A stretch of 64,000 nucleotides of DNA from Eimeria praecox (GCA_963920595.1 OY986950.1:2852001-2916000), one strand, 5' to 3'. Positions 23,013-63,351 are shown, counted from the first letter of the stretch. The notes: a model not told the origin generated them from the sequence alone. Numbers and translations are program-made.

Positions 23013-23295
23013 GGTGTGCATACACCTCAAATTAGCTGTGTATACACCTCAAATTATCTGTGTATATACACCTCAAATTATCTGTTTATATACACCTCAA
23101 ATTATCTGTGTACATACACCTCAAATTATTTGTGTATATGCACCTCAAATTATATGTGTATACACCTCAAATTAGCTGTGTATACACCTGAAATTTATGT
23201 GTATGTACACCTCAAATTTATCTGTACATACACCTCAGAGCTGCGCGTACAGCTGAGAGCTGCATATACACCCCAGAGCTGCATATACACCTCAG
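23013..23295. repeat. ~24-bp tandem repeat TATACACCTCAAATTATCTGTG upstream of the SepSecS start
   Basis: About ten degenerate copies. A related GAGGTGTATA array lies at 20030-20270. Confidence 0.8.
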
Positions 23296-23521
23296 ATCCA
23301 CTCAGGTATTCTCCCGATTGTCTGTCTTGTTGTCTTTCCCTCAGAAACCCTAAACCCTAAACCCTACATGCTAAACCCTAAACCCTAAACCCTAAACCCT
23401 AAACCCCAGCGACTCAATATATATTCTTCTCTAGGGTTTAGGGTTTACAGTGAAGAGAAGACACCGCAGGGCCTCGAGCTCGACTGCCTTCGAGCAGCAG
23501 CAGCAACAGCAGCAGCAGCAA

Positions 23522-23553
<32 letters not shown>

Positions 23554-23681
23554 GCACCTGATAACGAGTTTTCGTCTACTCAATTATTTAAACAGAAGAA
23601 AATAATAAATAAATAAAAGAGAAGGGAATATACTTTACAGGATTCAATAAACACTGGCAGCAGCAGCAGCGGCAGCTGCCT

Positions 23682-23733
<52 letters not shown>

Positions 23734-23929
23734 TGCTGCTGTTGTTGTTGCTGTTGCTGCTGCTGTGTGCATGCATAAGTATGAGGTAGTGTTGCTCTCG
23801 ACAAATAAAGTGTGTTAGATATATTTGTTAAACCCTAAACCCTAAACCCTAAACCCTAAACCCTAAACCCTAACAAACCTCAAACCCTTCTTGTAATGCT
23901 GTCGAAGGCTGCTGAACTCCTTACCGCTC

Positions 23930-23981
<52 letters not shown>

Positions 23982-24070
23982 AGGTGTCTCAATTGCTGCA
24001 GCTGTTCTTCATCTCTGAGACGTATTGCGGGATTTGCTGCTACTACCCCACACTGTTGCTTCAGCCTTCT

Positions 24071-24118
<48 letters not shown>

Positions 24119-24172
24119 AGCAGCAGCAGCAGCAGCAGTTTTGTCTAAACCCTGAAATGCTCTATTGCAGCT

Positions 24173-24252
24173 ATGGCGCCTCAACGCCGCAGCAAGAAGG
24201 AGAGACAGACGAGACAGCAAACGCTGCTGCAGGCAGACAGCAGCCTGCCAAA

Positions 24253-24291
<39 letters not shown>

Positions 24292-24991
24292 GCAGAAGCA
24301 GAAGCTGCAGCAGCAGACACAGAGACTCGGAGGCCATGAGCAGCAGCAGGGTCAAGAGAGCAAAAGCAGCAGCTGCAGCCCCGAGCAACAAGAGCAGCAG
24401 CAGCAGCAGCAAGAGCAGCAGCAGCAGCAAGAGCAGCAGCAGCAGCAAGAGCAGCAGCAGCAGCAAGAGCAGCAGCAGCAGCAAGAGCAGCAGCCTACTG
24501 CCGAGGCCGTGCAGCAGGAGCAGGAGGAGAAAACCAACAGCAGCAGCAGCAACAGTCCCATTCATCCACAGCAGCAGCAGCAGGAGCAGCAGCAGGAGCA
24601 GCAGCAGGAGCAGCAGCAGCAGGAGCAGCAGCAGCAGCAGCAGCAACTGTGCCAGGGTACGCTGGTGTCTGCCAAAGATAGCAGCAGCTTCCTACTCTCT
24701 CACTCAGAAGAACAAGCAGAACAATCAAAATACGAGCTTGCTGCTGCTGCTGCTGCTGCTGCAGTTGCTGCAGCAGCAGACAGCAGACGCACCAGTGCAG
24801 CAGCACCAGGGAGCCCTGGCAGCAGCGAAGTACGCAGCAACAGCAGCAACAGCAGCAACAGCAGCAACAGCAGCAATGTGCTGCAGCCTACGCGGGACTT
24901 GTCTGATTCAGCAGTTAAAAACGACAGCAGTAGCTGCAGCAGCAACAGCAGCAACGGCAGCAGCAGCATGAGCAGCAGCAGCAGCAGCAAT

Positions 24992-25022
<31 letters not shown>

Positions 25023-25150
25023 ACAGCAGCAAGGTGGCTCTTGAAGAGACGCAGGAGCCACCCTCTACAACCGGAGACAGCAGCAGCAGCAGCAACAGCA
25101 GCAGCATCGGCAGCAAGATACTGAGCAGCAGCATCAGCAACAAGCTTATG

Positions 25151-25196
<46 letters not shown>

Positions 25197-25314
25197 ACAG
25201 CAGCAGCAGCAGCAGCAGCAGCAGAGGTTTTGTATCTTGTGCTCCTTGGCGCGTCACATTAATAGTAGAGGCGTTTGACTGCAATACCCGGGGCTGCTCT
25301 CTTTGCATGCCCCC

Positions 25315-25348
<34 letters not shown>

Positions 25349-25424
25349 GCTGCTGCTGCTGACAGGAAAGGAGGCGCAGCCTCAGCAGCAGCAGCAGACA
25401 CTGACGGGAATGCATGCACACACG

Positions 25425-25472
<48 letters not shown>

Positions 25473-26029
25473 AGCAGCATGCTGTCTTGCAGCGTTCTTC
25501 GAGCGTCAGCAGCAGCAGCAGCACTTCTTCTGTGCGAAGCCCCAGCAGCAGCAGCAGCAGCAGCNNNNNNNNNNNNNNNNNNNNNNNNNNNNNNNNNNNN
25601 NNNNNNNNNNNNNNNNNNNNNNNNNNNNNNNNNNNNNNNNNNNNNNNNNNNNNNNNNNNNNNNNNNNNNNNNNNNNNNNNNNNNNNNNNNNNNNNNNNNN
25701 NNNNNNNNNNNNNNNNNNNNNNNNNNNNNNNNNNNNNNNNNNNNNNNNNNNNNNNNNNNNNNNNAAAATACGAGCTTGCTGCTGCTGCTGCTGCTGCTGC
25801 AGTTGCTGCAGCAGCAGACAGCAGACGCACCAGTGCAGCAGCACCAGGGAGCCCTGGCAGCAGCGAAGTACGCAGCAACAGCAGCAACAGCAGCAACAGC
25901 AGCAACAGCAGCAATGTGCTGCAGCCTACGCGGGACTTGTCTGATTCAGCAGTTAAAAACGACAGCAGTAGCTGCAGCAGCAACAGCAGCAACGGCAGCA
26001 GCAGCATGAGCAGCAGCAGCAGCAGCAAT

Positions 26030-26060
<31 letters not shown>

Positions 26061-26188
26061 ACAGCAGCAAGGTGGCTCTTGAAGAGACGCAGGAGCCACC
26101 CTCTACAACCGGAGACAGCAGCAGCAGCAGCAACAGCAGCAGCATCGGCAGCAAGATACTGAGCAGCAGCATCAGCAACAAGCTTATG

Positions 26189-26237
<49 letters not shown>

Positions 26238-26355
26238 ACAGCAGCAGCAGCAGCAGCAGCAGCAGAGGTTTTGTATCTTGTGCTCCTTGGCGCGTCACAT
26301 TAATAGTAGAGGCGTTTGACTGCAATACCCGGGGCTGCTCTCTTTGCATGCCCCC

Positions 26356-26389
<34 letters not shown>

Positions 26390-26465
26390 GCTGCTGCTGC
26401 TGACAGGAAAGGAGGCGCAGCCTCAGCAGCAGCAGCAGACACTGACGGGAATGCATGCACACACG

Positions 26466-26513
<48 letters not shown>

Positions 26514-26582
26514 AGCAGCATGCTGTCTTGCAGCGTTCTTCGAGCGTCAGCAGCAGCAGCAGCACTTCTTCTGTGCGAAGCC

Positions 26583-26615
<33 letters not shown>

Positions 26616-26702
26616 CCAGCAGCAGCAGCAGCAGCAGAGGCCCCCTGTTAGATTGTTGCTGCTGTACACAGCTATGGATGGAGGTGCTGGTGTCAGCAGG
26701 AG

Positions 26703-26757
<55 letters not shown>

Positions 26758-26872
26758 GCTGTGTCTCCGTATGCTGAGCAGCAGCAACTTCACTCCTCGC
26801 TTTCTCTCTCCTCCTATTTTGCTGCCAGACAAGCCGAAGCTGCTGCAGCTGCGGCTCTACAGACGCACCCCA

Positions 26873-26925
<53 letters not shown>

Positions 26926-27014
26926 AGTTAGGTGGGAGGAGCTGAGAGAGCTGCTAGGGGTTCGAGCTGTTGCTGTCCCCACAGGCCCTTCGTGTCTTAT
27001 ACAGTGTACCTTCG
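24173..27014 (+). CDS. Hypothetical low-complexity protein (poly-Q/S/A); model disrupted by an assembly gap and duplicated segment
   Basis: Long + ORF with Q/S/A homopolymers and non-repetitive islands (GFVSCAPWRVTLIVEAFDCN, TQLWMEVLVSAGD, KLCLRMLSSSNFTPRFLSPPILLPDKPKLLQLRLYRR, VRWEELRELLGVRAVAVP). Probable donor G|GTATAG at 27014/27015. The 3' exon(s) are unresolved. Confidence 0.5.
25565..25764. other. Assembly gap (200 N) flanked by a direct duplication (24727-25564 = 25765-26605)
   Basis: Sequence after the gap restarts at AAAATACGAGCTTG, identical to 24727, and differs only by one extra AGC unit. Confidence 0.95.
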
Positions 27015-27144
27015 GTATAGAAACCCTAAACCCTAAACCCTAAACCCTAAACCCTAAACCCTAGGGCAGAGGCAGACAGTATATATAATATAATATATTG
27101 TATTATATATGCGTGTATTTATTTATTTTTTATTTTATTTTACT

Positions 27145-27211
<67 letters not shown>

Positions 27212-27297
27212 TTTGTCTCTCTTAGGCATCGGCGGTTGTCGAGTTATTTCGCCTGCTCCCCCCTCTCTGTCAGTCTTGCTGCTGCTGCTGTTGCTGG

Positions 27298-27328
<31 letters not shown>

Positions 27329-27534
27329 TCTGTGTTTTTTGTAAGCTGCAGCAGCAGCAGCTACTGCAGCTGTTGCTGCTGCTGCTGTTGCCGTTGCTGC
27401 TGCTGCTGCTGCTAGATTTTGTTGTTGTGTTGCTTGTTGTTTGTTTGTCTTCCTTCTTCAGGCTTCAGCTGTCTCTGTCTTTTGCTGTCTCCTCACAAAC
27501 AGAAAAATTTAAGTGGATACGGCTTAGAAGCTCT

Positions 27535-27574
<40 letters not shown>

Positions 27575-27859
27575 GAGCAGCAGCAGGAGTAGGAGCTGTT
27601 GGAGGCGGAGCAGCAGCAGCAGCAGATGCTGCAGAAGCTACAGCAGCAGCAAAGACAGCTGCAGCAGCAGGAAGCAAGAGACATATTTTCTCGGGTGTCT
27701 TCGCAGCTTTGCTGCTGCCGTTGCATATGCTGCGTCTCCCTTCTTGCTGCTGCAGCAGAAGCTGTTCTGCTGCTGCTCTTGATGGGCTGTATAGGCACCT
27801 CGTTAAAGGGACAGAATGCATGCAAATCCTTGCAAGTAATTTGCTGCTGCTGCTGCTGT

Positions 27860-27906
<47 letters not shown>

Positions 27907-28043
27907 CGGGCTGTCTTTGCTGGTTTGTTTTATGTTTTTGTTGCTGTTGTTGTTTTATTTTTTTCTGTTTTTCTTTGTTTTATATTTTCTTTCTATTTAT
28001 ATATTTAATGTTATCATTGTCTTTATTCTTGTGTGTTTATCTT

Positions 28044-28082
<39 letters not shown>

Positions 28083-28165
28083 CTGTTGCTGTTATTGTTG
28101 TTGCTGTTGTTAGGTAACCCTGTCGCTCTGGCTCTGTACGAACCGTGAGACATTCAAGACATTCA

Positions 28166-28202
<37 letters not shown>

Positions 28203-28529
28203 GGAGCTGCTGCTGCTGCTGTTCTTTTTGCTGGTGCAGCACCAGCCAACGCAGCAGCAGCAGTTGCTGCTGCTGCTGCTGCTGGACTTCAATTTTTCAG
28301 TTTCTTGCTTTTGCTGCTCTCCGTTGTTTTGCTGCTGCTGCTGCTGCTGTTGCTGCTGCTTCTGTTGCTGCTGCTGCTGCTTCTGTTGCTGCTGCCGTTG
28401 CTGCTGCGTAGACAGCAGAGGTGAAGAGACAGCATAGAGAGAGACAGGTAGAGAGATAGAAAGACAGAAAAAAGAAGAAGATAGAAGAGACAGCAGACAC
28501 AGGAGACAGAGACAGATATAAATGCTTGT

Positions 28530-29770
<1,241 letters not shown>

Positions 29771-29903
29771 TATATATTTTTATTTATATATCTAATTTAG
29801 AGGGAAGCCTAAGATAGAGAGAGAAGCAGAAAGACGAAGAGACAGCAGAAGAAATGCATGCATGCGGTGTCTTGTCTTTGTCTCTTTTTTTGTTTTATTA
29901 TAT

Positions 29904-29938
<35 letters not shown>

Positions 29939-29972
29939 TTTGTTTATTTAATTAATTAATTAATTAATTAAT

Positions 29973-30015
<43 letters not shown>

Positions 30016-30123
30016 TTTGTTTATTTATTTTTCTATTATCTTAGAATTATATAAACAAACACAAACTCGCCTCTGCCTCTCTCTCTGTTTTAATAATAAT
30101 AATTATTATTAAATTATTATTAC

Positions 30124-30162
<39 letters not shown>

Positions 30163-30295
30163 GCGTATTATTATTACTACTATTACTATACTATTACTAT
30201 TACTATTTTTATTATTTATTATTATTACTACTATTGCTATTACTATTATTATTATTATTATTATTATTTATTATTATTATTATTATTTATTATTA

Positions 30296-30333
<38 letters not shown>

Positions 30334-30682
30334 CTGTATATCTGTGTATTGTTTATACTTATCTGTTGTAATATATTCTTGTTTATAATACTATTGTAAA
30401 TATTTGTATTATATTAGTAGATTATTTTATTATTATTATTATTATTATTGTTTATTACTATTATTTATTAATATTATTTATTATTATTATTTATTATTAT
30501 TATTTATTATTATTTATTATTATTTATTATTATTTATTATTTATTATTAATTATTATTTATTACTATTATCTTTCTGTAGCACAAACACCATAAAGTGTT
30601 TTTACTTCTACAAACGAATTCGGCGAAGATACAAAAAAGACAGAAAGTTGTTTATACATGCATGCATGCATGTAGCTAGCAG

Positions 30683-30730
<48 letters not shown>

Positions 30731-30878
30731 CAGCAGCTCTTTAGATTGTTAGACAACAGCTGAAGCAGCACAAACCCTGTGTGTGCTTCTGTTGCTTTAT
30801 CTCGTGCAGTAGCAGCAGCAGCAGCTGCTGCTGCTGTTGTAGTAGCTGTTGCTGTTGTAGTAGCTGTAGCTACTACTA

Positions 30879-30936
<58 letters not shown>

Positions 30937-31062
30937 ACGGCTTGTGCTATGTTGTGTCTTCCTATCGAGTGTGTTTATAAGTTTGTAATGAATATGAGGA
31001 GAAGATAATTATTAATTAATGTATTTATAATAATAGAACAGGTGTTTGCTGCTGCTGCTGCT

Positions 31063-31121
<59 letters not shown>

Positions 31122-31359
31122 GCAGCAGCAGCAAATGGCCGCTGCCGCCTGCAGCACTGAAAGTTGAAGTAGATAGAATGTGTTAAGATCATAAAATATA
31201 AAATTTAAGATAGAAATAAATTAAATATATATTTAAAAATAAATAAAACAAAAAGAAAGAGAGGAAATAGAGAAAGAAAGATTGACGAGACAGCCAAGAG
31301 CAGGGAGTTGCTGCTGCAGTCGCACTGGAGCTGCTGCTGCTGCTGCTGCTGCTGCTGTT

Positions 31360-31392
<33 letters not shown>

Positions 31393-31503
31393 CAGGTGCT
31401 GCTGCTCTCCTGTCTAGCTGTTTATATTTTGTTTTTTTGTTGTTATTTCTTTGAGGAGAGCTCAAGACAAGCCTCCTATATCTGCTGCTATATTCTCCTT
31501 GTC

Positions 31504-31534
<31 letters not shown>

Positions 31535-31546
31535 ACTACTAATACT

Positions 31547-31585
<39 letters not shown>

Positions 31586-31697
31586 TGAGGTCACCTTCGA
31601 TAGGTTTAGGTGTTGTTAAGTACTTAGATTTATTTATGCTGCTGCGGTATTTTCTTTTGTTGTGAGCAAGTGCTGCTGTAGAGACAGCAAGCTATCT

Positions 31698-31748
<51 letters not shown>

Positions 31749-31975
31749 GAGGAACGAACGCTGTCTTCTCTCTCAAACAACAGACAAGAGCAGCAGCAAA
31801 ACATTATAACTAGCAGCAGTATTTAGATTCTGTCTGCAGCAGATAGCTACACTATCTTGTTTTATATCTATCTATCTCCCTAAAACAGCTGCAGCAGCAG
31901 CAACAACAGCAGCAACAGCAGCAACAACAGCAGCAGCAACAACAGCAGCAACAACAGCAGCAGCAGCAACAACAA

Positions 31976-32013
<38 letters not shown>

Positions 32014-32035
32014 ACAACAACAACAGCAGCAGCAA

Positions 32036-32067
<32 letters not shown>

Positions 32068-32132
32068 GCAGCACCAACAACAGCAGCAACAACAGCAGCA
32101 GCAGCAGCAAGAGCAGCAGCAACAGCAGCAAG

Positions 32133-46904
<14,772 letters not shown>

Positions 46905-49168
46905 GAGAAGAAGTATTTATTAATTATTTAATTATTTAATTATTTAATATTTATATATTTATATACTTGCATATTTACATATTTATGTATCTATATATAA
47001 ATATGTTTATACATTTATATGCTTATACATTTATATATTTGTATGTTTATATATTTATATATTTATAAATGTATAAACATATAAATATATAAATACATTT
47101 ATATTTAAATATATTCATGTATTTAAATATAAATATATTTATATGTTTATATATTTGCATATTTATATATTTATATGTTTATATATTTATATATTTATGT
47201 ATTTATATATTTGTTTATTAACTGTGGTTTATACAAGATATAAAAGAAGGATTTAACAGCTGTTTCTGTGTTTTATATCGAAGATATCTTTCTATTTTTC
47301 TATATCTTTTAATTTACTTTTTCTGCTTCTTTTTATTTACTTTATCGAGAAGGAGTTTAAAGAATTATATTTGCTTATTCTTCTTCTTATATTCTACATG
47401 CATATTCTCTTTCTATTTATGTATTTGCTGTTTGTTACATTATATTTAATATAATAGTTTATATTATATTTAATATAATAATTTATATTTAATATAATAG
47501 TTTATATTATATTTAATATAAATTGAATATGCAAATGTTTATTACCTTCGCATTTGTTTATTCTTTCTTCTTTCTCTCTTCTACATCGTAGACAGCAGTT
47601 GTTATATTCTTCTGCTACTGTTTAGTATTATGTGTTACATTACTAAACCCTAAACCCTAAACCCTAGACAGCAATATCTGCATTAAGAAGCATCTCTGTA
47701 GCTATTCTCTTTCATTTTTTACATATTTTATATGTAAATATTATAATAGATACTTCTTTTGTTTCCCTAACAAATATCGTAGAGAGATGTGTCTAGAGAC
47801 ATTCTCTCTTCTTTCTTTAGACAGTCAAAAGACTGTCTTTTTGTAAATAACAACCTTCTAATTAAACATCACAAACATATATTTTTAGATATTTGTTTGA
47901 ATAATAAACAAAGTAATTGTATGGCAGAGGCTACTAGTTTGTTTTAATAATAAACAAATTAATTGTAAGACAGAGGCTACTACTTGAGTACATAAGCATA
48001 GCAAGGAGGAAAGTGCACGGACGAACAGCTAAAGGATTAGAGAATATTAAAAAAACATCTGAAAAAATATTAAAAACTTTAAAAGTATATAAATTATCTC
48101 AGAGATAAAACATTTCGACTGTAAGAAAGGGCGAATACTACTGTTTGAATGAAAGGCGAAGGAAGAGAGGACCTGACCATAGGACACCTGCGGTGTCTCG
48201 GGGTCTTCTGTATGAGATCTGATGTTTTAAATGTTGAAATCTACATTAATAATCATTTAAATAACGTTAAGGATATTAAATACTTTATTTAAATCGAAAT
48301 TTAACGGCTAACAGACACCTTAGGGCCTCAGACCTCTCCCAGGCCATCAGAAGGAAAGGCGATAATAAATAAGTATGCAGCTCTTTGTGTGCATCGAAAC
48401 GTAGAGTAACACCTTAAAATACTCAGTAAATAAATTGCAAATCATTGATATACTTTACATTTAAATTTAAGAACATTTTAACAAGTGTTCCTCTCGTTGG
48501 ATCATTCAGAATTCAAACAACTCTCTCTCCTGGCTGTTAAGTTGAAGTGTACAGACACCGCAGGCCACTTGAGGTCCACCATCGATCAGTCACTTTTATT
48601 ATTTGACACTTTTCTACGATTTTTGAAAACTTTGATTTTTTGAAAATTGTTATTTACTTCTTTTTATATTTATAATCGCATTTATTGATTGCTTTTACGG
48701 AGTGTTTCTTCTCTTTTCTTCTCGATTTAAACAGAATTGTCGACGAATCGTCTTCGTCTGTTTCAAGTCCTCGACAGAACAGGAAGTAGCTAACCGCTGA
48801 GCATTTTGAAAATCAATTATTGCTTTTATTTAAAATATTATTACTTTTTTCGAGTATATTTGCCGGATATATATTCAATTCAACCCCAGTAAGTTGCTAT
48901 CTCAAGACATTCTTTATAAACCTTTGTCTCATGTCTCGCCTTCTATTCCCTTCATCTTTCGTGAATCTAGCGATATTTCATGATTTATTTTCTTTCTTTA
49001 AAGAGTTTATACTTCTTTTTTATCTGTTTTCAAAGTGTTTATATGCTATTTCATGTTTCTGTTTGCTGTAGTCTTACCTGTTGTAAGCTCGTAACGATTA
49101 CGGTCTTCTTGCTTTTGTTTCTGTGTTTGTGTTCTTCAATTTTGCAGATCGACTCATCCAAAAAGAAA

Positions 49169-49311
49169 ATGTTTTCGCGTTCAAATCAATTTGCTTCGCC
49201 TTTAGAGAAAGCTCTGATGGCTGGACGAGGAATTGGGGAAAACAAAACAAATCTAAAAGGAACTCAACAGCCTAGCGGTAAGGCTTCCTGAAACAGAAGA
49301 AAAACTATATA

Positions 49312-49348
<37 letters not shown>

Positions 49349-49918
49349 GTGTATGGGCTTCCCAACATTCAACGAACTAGCAAAAAACAAAAATAACTTT
49401 TGCACGCGACAAACCCTAAACCCTAAACCCCAGACCCTAAACCCTAGACCCTAGACCTTTAATACTAAACCCTTAGCCACAAATTCGCAAGTTGAATAAC
49501 ACCAGGGATTAGCAAACAGCGAAATTCTTCGTACGTGCATATCTAAACATTATCTACAAATATGCACAGGAGGAGTTAGAACGACTTTTCTGTGTTTTTT
49601 TTATTTTTTGTTTTTTCTTTGCAGAGATTTTCGGAGATATGAAAGAACAAAAACGATCAAGTTGTACGAACAGCAAATCTAAAAATTCTGTGGGAAGTTT
49701 GTTAGAGAAATCTGAAATAGAAAAAAATGTTTCTAAATATACAAATCGTGATTCTAAAGATATGACCGTGAAGAAAGAAGATGACGACTTCTGGTCTTAT
49801 GTAGCTAACGTCGTAGGACAAAGAGAAAAAATGAATAGAAAAGATAAAGAAGGAAAAACAAAGAAGGTATGGCACTCAGCAATCATCTGTTATGTGCTTT
49901 GTTTCCTCGTTTCAGGTG

Positions 49919-49950
<32 letters not shown>

Positions 49951-51265
49951 TGTATATATATCATGTGTTTAGATACTTCATATTGTTTTGCTGTTTTGCA
50001 GACAACAACGAATCGAGAGTCTGCTGAAGAACTTCGAAATAAAAGAAATTATTCTAGAAAGAATAAAAACAACTGGGGGGTTAGTTCGCTTACTTCTACC
50101 CTTGTTGTCGTTTTAGCTGCACGTACACCTGAAAATTCAACTTTCATTTTCTTCTTTTTTGTTTATTCTTCGACGATCGTAGATAAAACTTGTTTGTTTT
50201 TTCTGTTTATCTTCTTTCTTCTGTTCAGGGAATGCAAATCCCCTTCAGCTGGGAATATGGTACTCCTCAAGTTGCTGGAGGAGAAGCTCAAGCTATCGAA
50301 GCCGAAAAAATTGAAAAGAAAGAAGATACAAATAATCAAATAGAAGAATCAAAAGTTGAAAACGAGCAAGAGAAGGAAATTCAAGTTGAAGGGAATGAAG
50401 ATACTTCGACAGAAGTTCTTCTCGCTCAACCTCAGCAACAGACTTCCCCATTTTATATAAATACAACAGCAGCAGCAGAAGAAGAAAAAGAAATAGAAAA
50501 GGAAAAGGAACATGAAGCGGAGATAGCAACAGAACAAGAAGAAAACAAACACGAAAATAAACAAGAAGAAATAAACAAAGAAGCAAAAGAAGAAGAAAAA
50601 GAAAACGAAGTGTCTGAAGTTGTAAATCCCAATCCCGCAGGAGACGAAAGAGATGAAGAGATAAACAGAATAATAATAGAAGAGAAAAGAAAATATCGAG
50701 AGAAATATTCAAATTATTATTCTGAGCTTTCAAAGAATCTCCGTAGTGAGTACTCTGCACTTGTTCAAGCTATTAAAAACTTACACAACCAAAAAGTGCA
50801 AGAAATACAAAAAACAAAAGAAGAAAGAAAAGAATTAGAAATGCAAAGAAGAGAAATGCAAAACCCTCGACCTTGTTACCACTGTCAATCGAATCGATTT
50901 CAGGTGCGTGTACACCGCAGCTCTCTTCTCTTATATATATCTATATCTATATCCATATATATCTATATCTATATCTATATATATCTATATCTATCTGTAT
51001 ATATATAGAGATATAGATAGATAGATAGATAGATAGATGTATATGTGTGTGTGTGTATGTATTATTTGTTTATGTATCTATTTATTTATGCTTTTATTTA
51101 TTTATCTGTTTCTTTATTTATTTATCTGTTTATATTTGTTTGCTTTTCTCTCAGCATACTTCTTACCGTCCGGGCTTCCCTTCAAGAAACTACGAAGGCA
51201 CAACTTATAATTCTGTAAGTCGTGTTTGTCTCTTCTAACATGTTTATATCCTTAGATTACTATAT

Positions 51266-51312
<47 letters not shown>

Positions 51313-51447
51313 TCTATTTATTTATTAGTTCTGTCTTTGTTGCTGCTGCTTCTCCCCCACAGACATCTTACAGACCAGGCCCTCCCTATTATAAAAACAT
51401 GTCCTGGAGAAGAGAACAACACGAAAACCCTGCCTTTGTAAGTTAAA

Positions 51448-51500
<53 letters not shown>

Positions 51501-52661
51501 TATTGATTTAGTTATTTATGTCCTACTTAATTAAATAATTAATTAATTAATGTTTGATGTTTGTGTCTGTATTTGTATAGCAAGCTAATCCAAGACCTCT
51601 TTACAGGAACATCGTCTGGAGAAGAGATCAAGAAGTAGGACTGAATGTGAATTTAATATCTTCTCTTCTTCTACATCATCGTGGGGTGTATAGACAGCCT
51701 ATGTTGTCTAAGTTGTAAGTAATAATACATAAATACATAACTTTGTCTGTCTCTCTGCGCTGTTCGAACAGGAAGCATCAGCAGCACCAACAGCAGCAGC
51801 AGCAAGAGCAGCAGCAGCACCAACAGCAGCAGCAGCAAGAGCAGCAGCTCCTACTGTAAAGCCCCCAGGGTATCTAGGGAAGAAACCATTCGTATCGCGT
51901 TATACCCAGGGAGCTGACGGCTTCTACTATCGAACAGACAAGCCTCTGCCTCCTCCCCGAACAGTATCTGCTGCTACCTTGCCCTCGCTTTCGCCTGAGC
52001 TGCAGCAGCAGCTGCAGCAGCAGCAGCAGCAGCTGGAGCAGCAGCTGAAGCAGCAAGCGCTACAGCAAAAGATGAAGGAAGAGTGTCGAAGGTATCACAT
52101 GATGGGATTACAGGAGCGGCAGCAGCTGCTGCTGCAGCAGCAATTCTTACAAACACAATCTTATTCTACTTCTGCTGCTGTTGGGGGGAAGTTGAGAGAA
52201 ACACCAAAAGTTGAATGGAGTCGTATGCTAGCAGAATATGAAAAAAGACAGGCGATAATAGCTCAAAGAATAAGTAAGATAGTATTTATATAATGCATAA
52301 TATGTATATATATAAATATATATATATATATGTATTTATATGTATATATACTTATCTATCTATACCTATATCTATCTATCTGTCTATATCTACATCTATA
52401 TCTATATATCTATATATCTATATATCTATATCTATATCTATATCTATATCTATCTATCTACCTATGCATATACATGTATATTTAATGCATGTATTTGTGT
52501 TATCATATGTTGTATTTATCTGTATTTACTTTCTGCTTCAATTTAATTTTATTTTATTTTTGTTTACAGAGGACGGGACAGAAGCACCTGCTCCTCCTAC
52601 TCGCTGCGACGTAGCTATGGCGTTCTTCTTAGCTAATCGTAAAGAACTTCACCTCGTATAG
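49169..52661 (+). CDS. Hypothetical protein, 9 exons; acidic/coiled-coil centre and short Tyr/Arg/Pro-rich repeated exons
   Basis: Phase-consistent exons: 49169-49277, 49625-49866, 50002-50079, 50229-50903, 51155-51214, 51363-51437, 51581-51646, 51772-52273, 52570-52661. Translation [19 protein letters not shown]...[18 protein letters not shown]...[12 protein letters not shown]. Confidence 0.75.
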
Positions 52662-52676
52662 ATAAAATAATATTTA

Positions 52677-52712
<36 letters not shown>

Positions 52713-52795
52713 GATAAAATAATATTTTTATTTTAAATTGTTTTTTATTTTTATGTTTTAATGGAATTTGAGAAGACATGCTTGGAGACATCATC

Positions 52796-52857
<62 letters not shown>

Positions 52858-53073
52858 TTATTTATTTATTTATTTTTTTATAGATATATACACCCTTCGA
52901 AGTTCCTGAGTTCTTGGTGTGTATGTATCTTTATATTCTTTTTTGTAGATTTCTATCTTTTTTCTTTTCGTTTTTCTGTTTTCCTCTTCAAAGTAATGTA
53001 TTTGAAGGTCTTAACAGATATATCTCTATATAGATATATATAGAGATATAGATATAGATATACCTATATATGT

Positions 53074-53134
<61 letters not shown>

Positions 53135-53364
53135 AGAAGGTTAATATGCACCTAATCTTTTTTCTTTTTATGATTTGTCTTTTTCCTAGACAAGTTCATT
53201 CAAGATTATCGTTTTCCTCTTCCTCCCAAACCCTAAACCCCAAGCCCTAAACCCTAAACCCCCCCCATTTTCTATTGTCTCACGACTTCTGACTGTATAC
53301 ACCGCAAGCCTGCTAGTGCAGATAGACTAGGCATTAAAGGTATCTATCTAGCTGTACATATTGC

Positions 53365-53445
<81 letters not shown>

Positions 53446-53523
53446 AATAGTTAGATAAAGAGAGAGAATAACGGTCTGTTAGATAAAGAAAATAAAATCA
53501 CTTTCTAATACCTGTCCTAGCAG

Positions 53524-53603
<80 letters not shown>

Positions 53604-53752
53604 GATTACTTAATAAAAATAGGGTAGAAGAAGTAGGAAGTGCATGTAGAGGCAGTGAGAGTTAGATAGAACTTAACATATATTAAACAGATATATTATA
53701 ATACATATATATTATTTATTACTAATAAAATATTATAATTAATTATAATTAA

Positions 53753-63351
<9,599 letters not shown>

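Noticed and set aside
23290..24225. Possible small minus-strand gene between SepSecS and the 24173 ORF
   Set aside because: Donor-like sites exist but there is no in-frame start and it overlaps the + ORF. A plus-strand intron-like segment (23306-23450) suggests UTR sequence instead.
24908..24910. Cys-TGA in a minus-strand Ala-rich frame near SepSecS as a possible selenocysteine codon
   Set aside because: The frame is antisense to the better + ORF, with no selenoprotein-like motif and no SECIS identifiable by eye.
24700..26832. 710-aa minus-strand ORF and the many poly-L/poly-C/YI/SL ORFs in the track
   Set aside because: These are antisense or out-of-frame readings of CAG, TA and CT repeats, which lack stop codons by construction.
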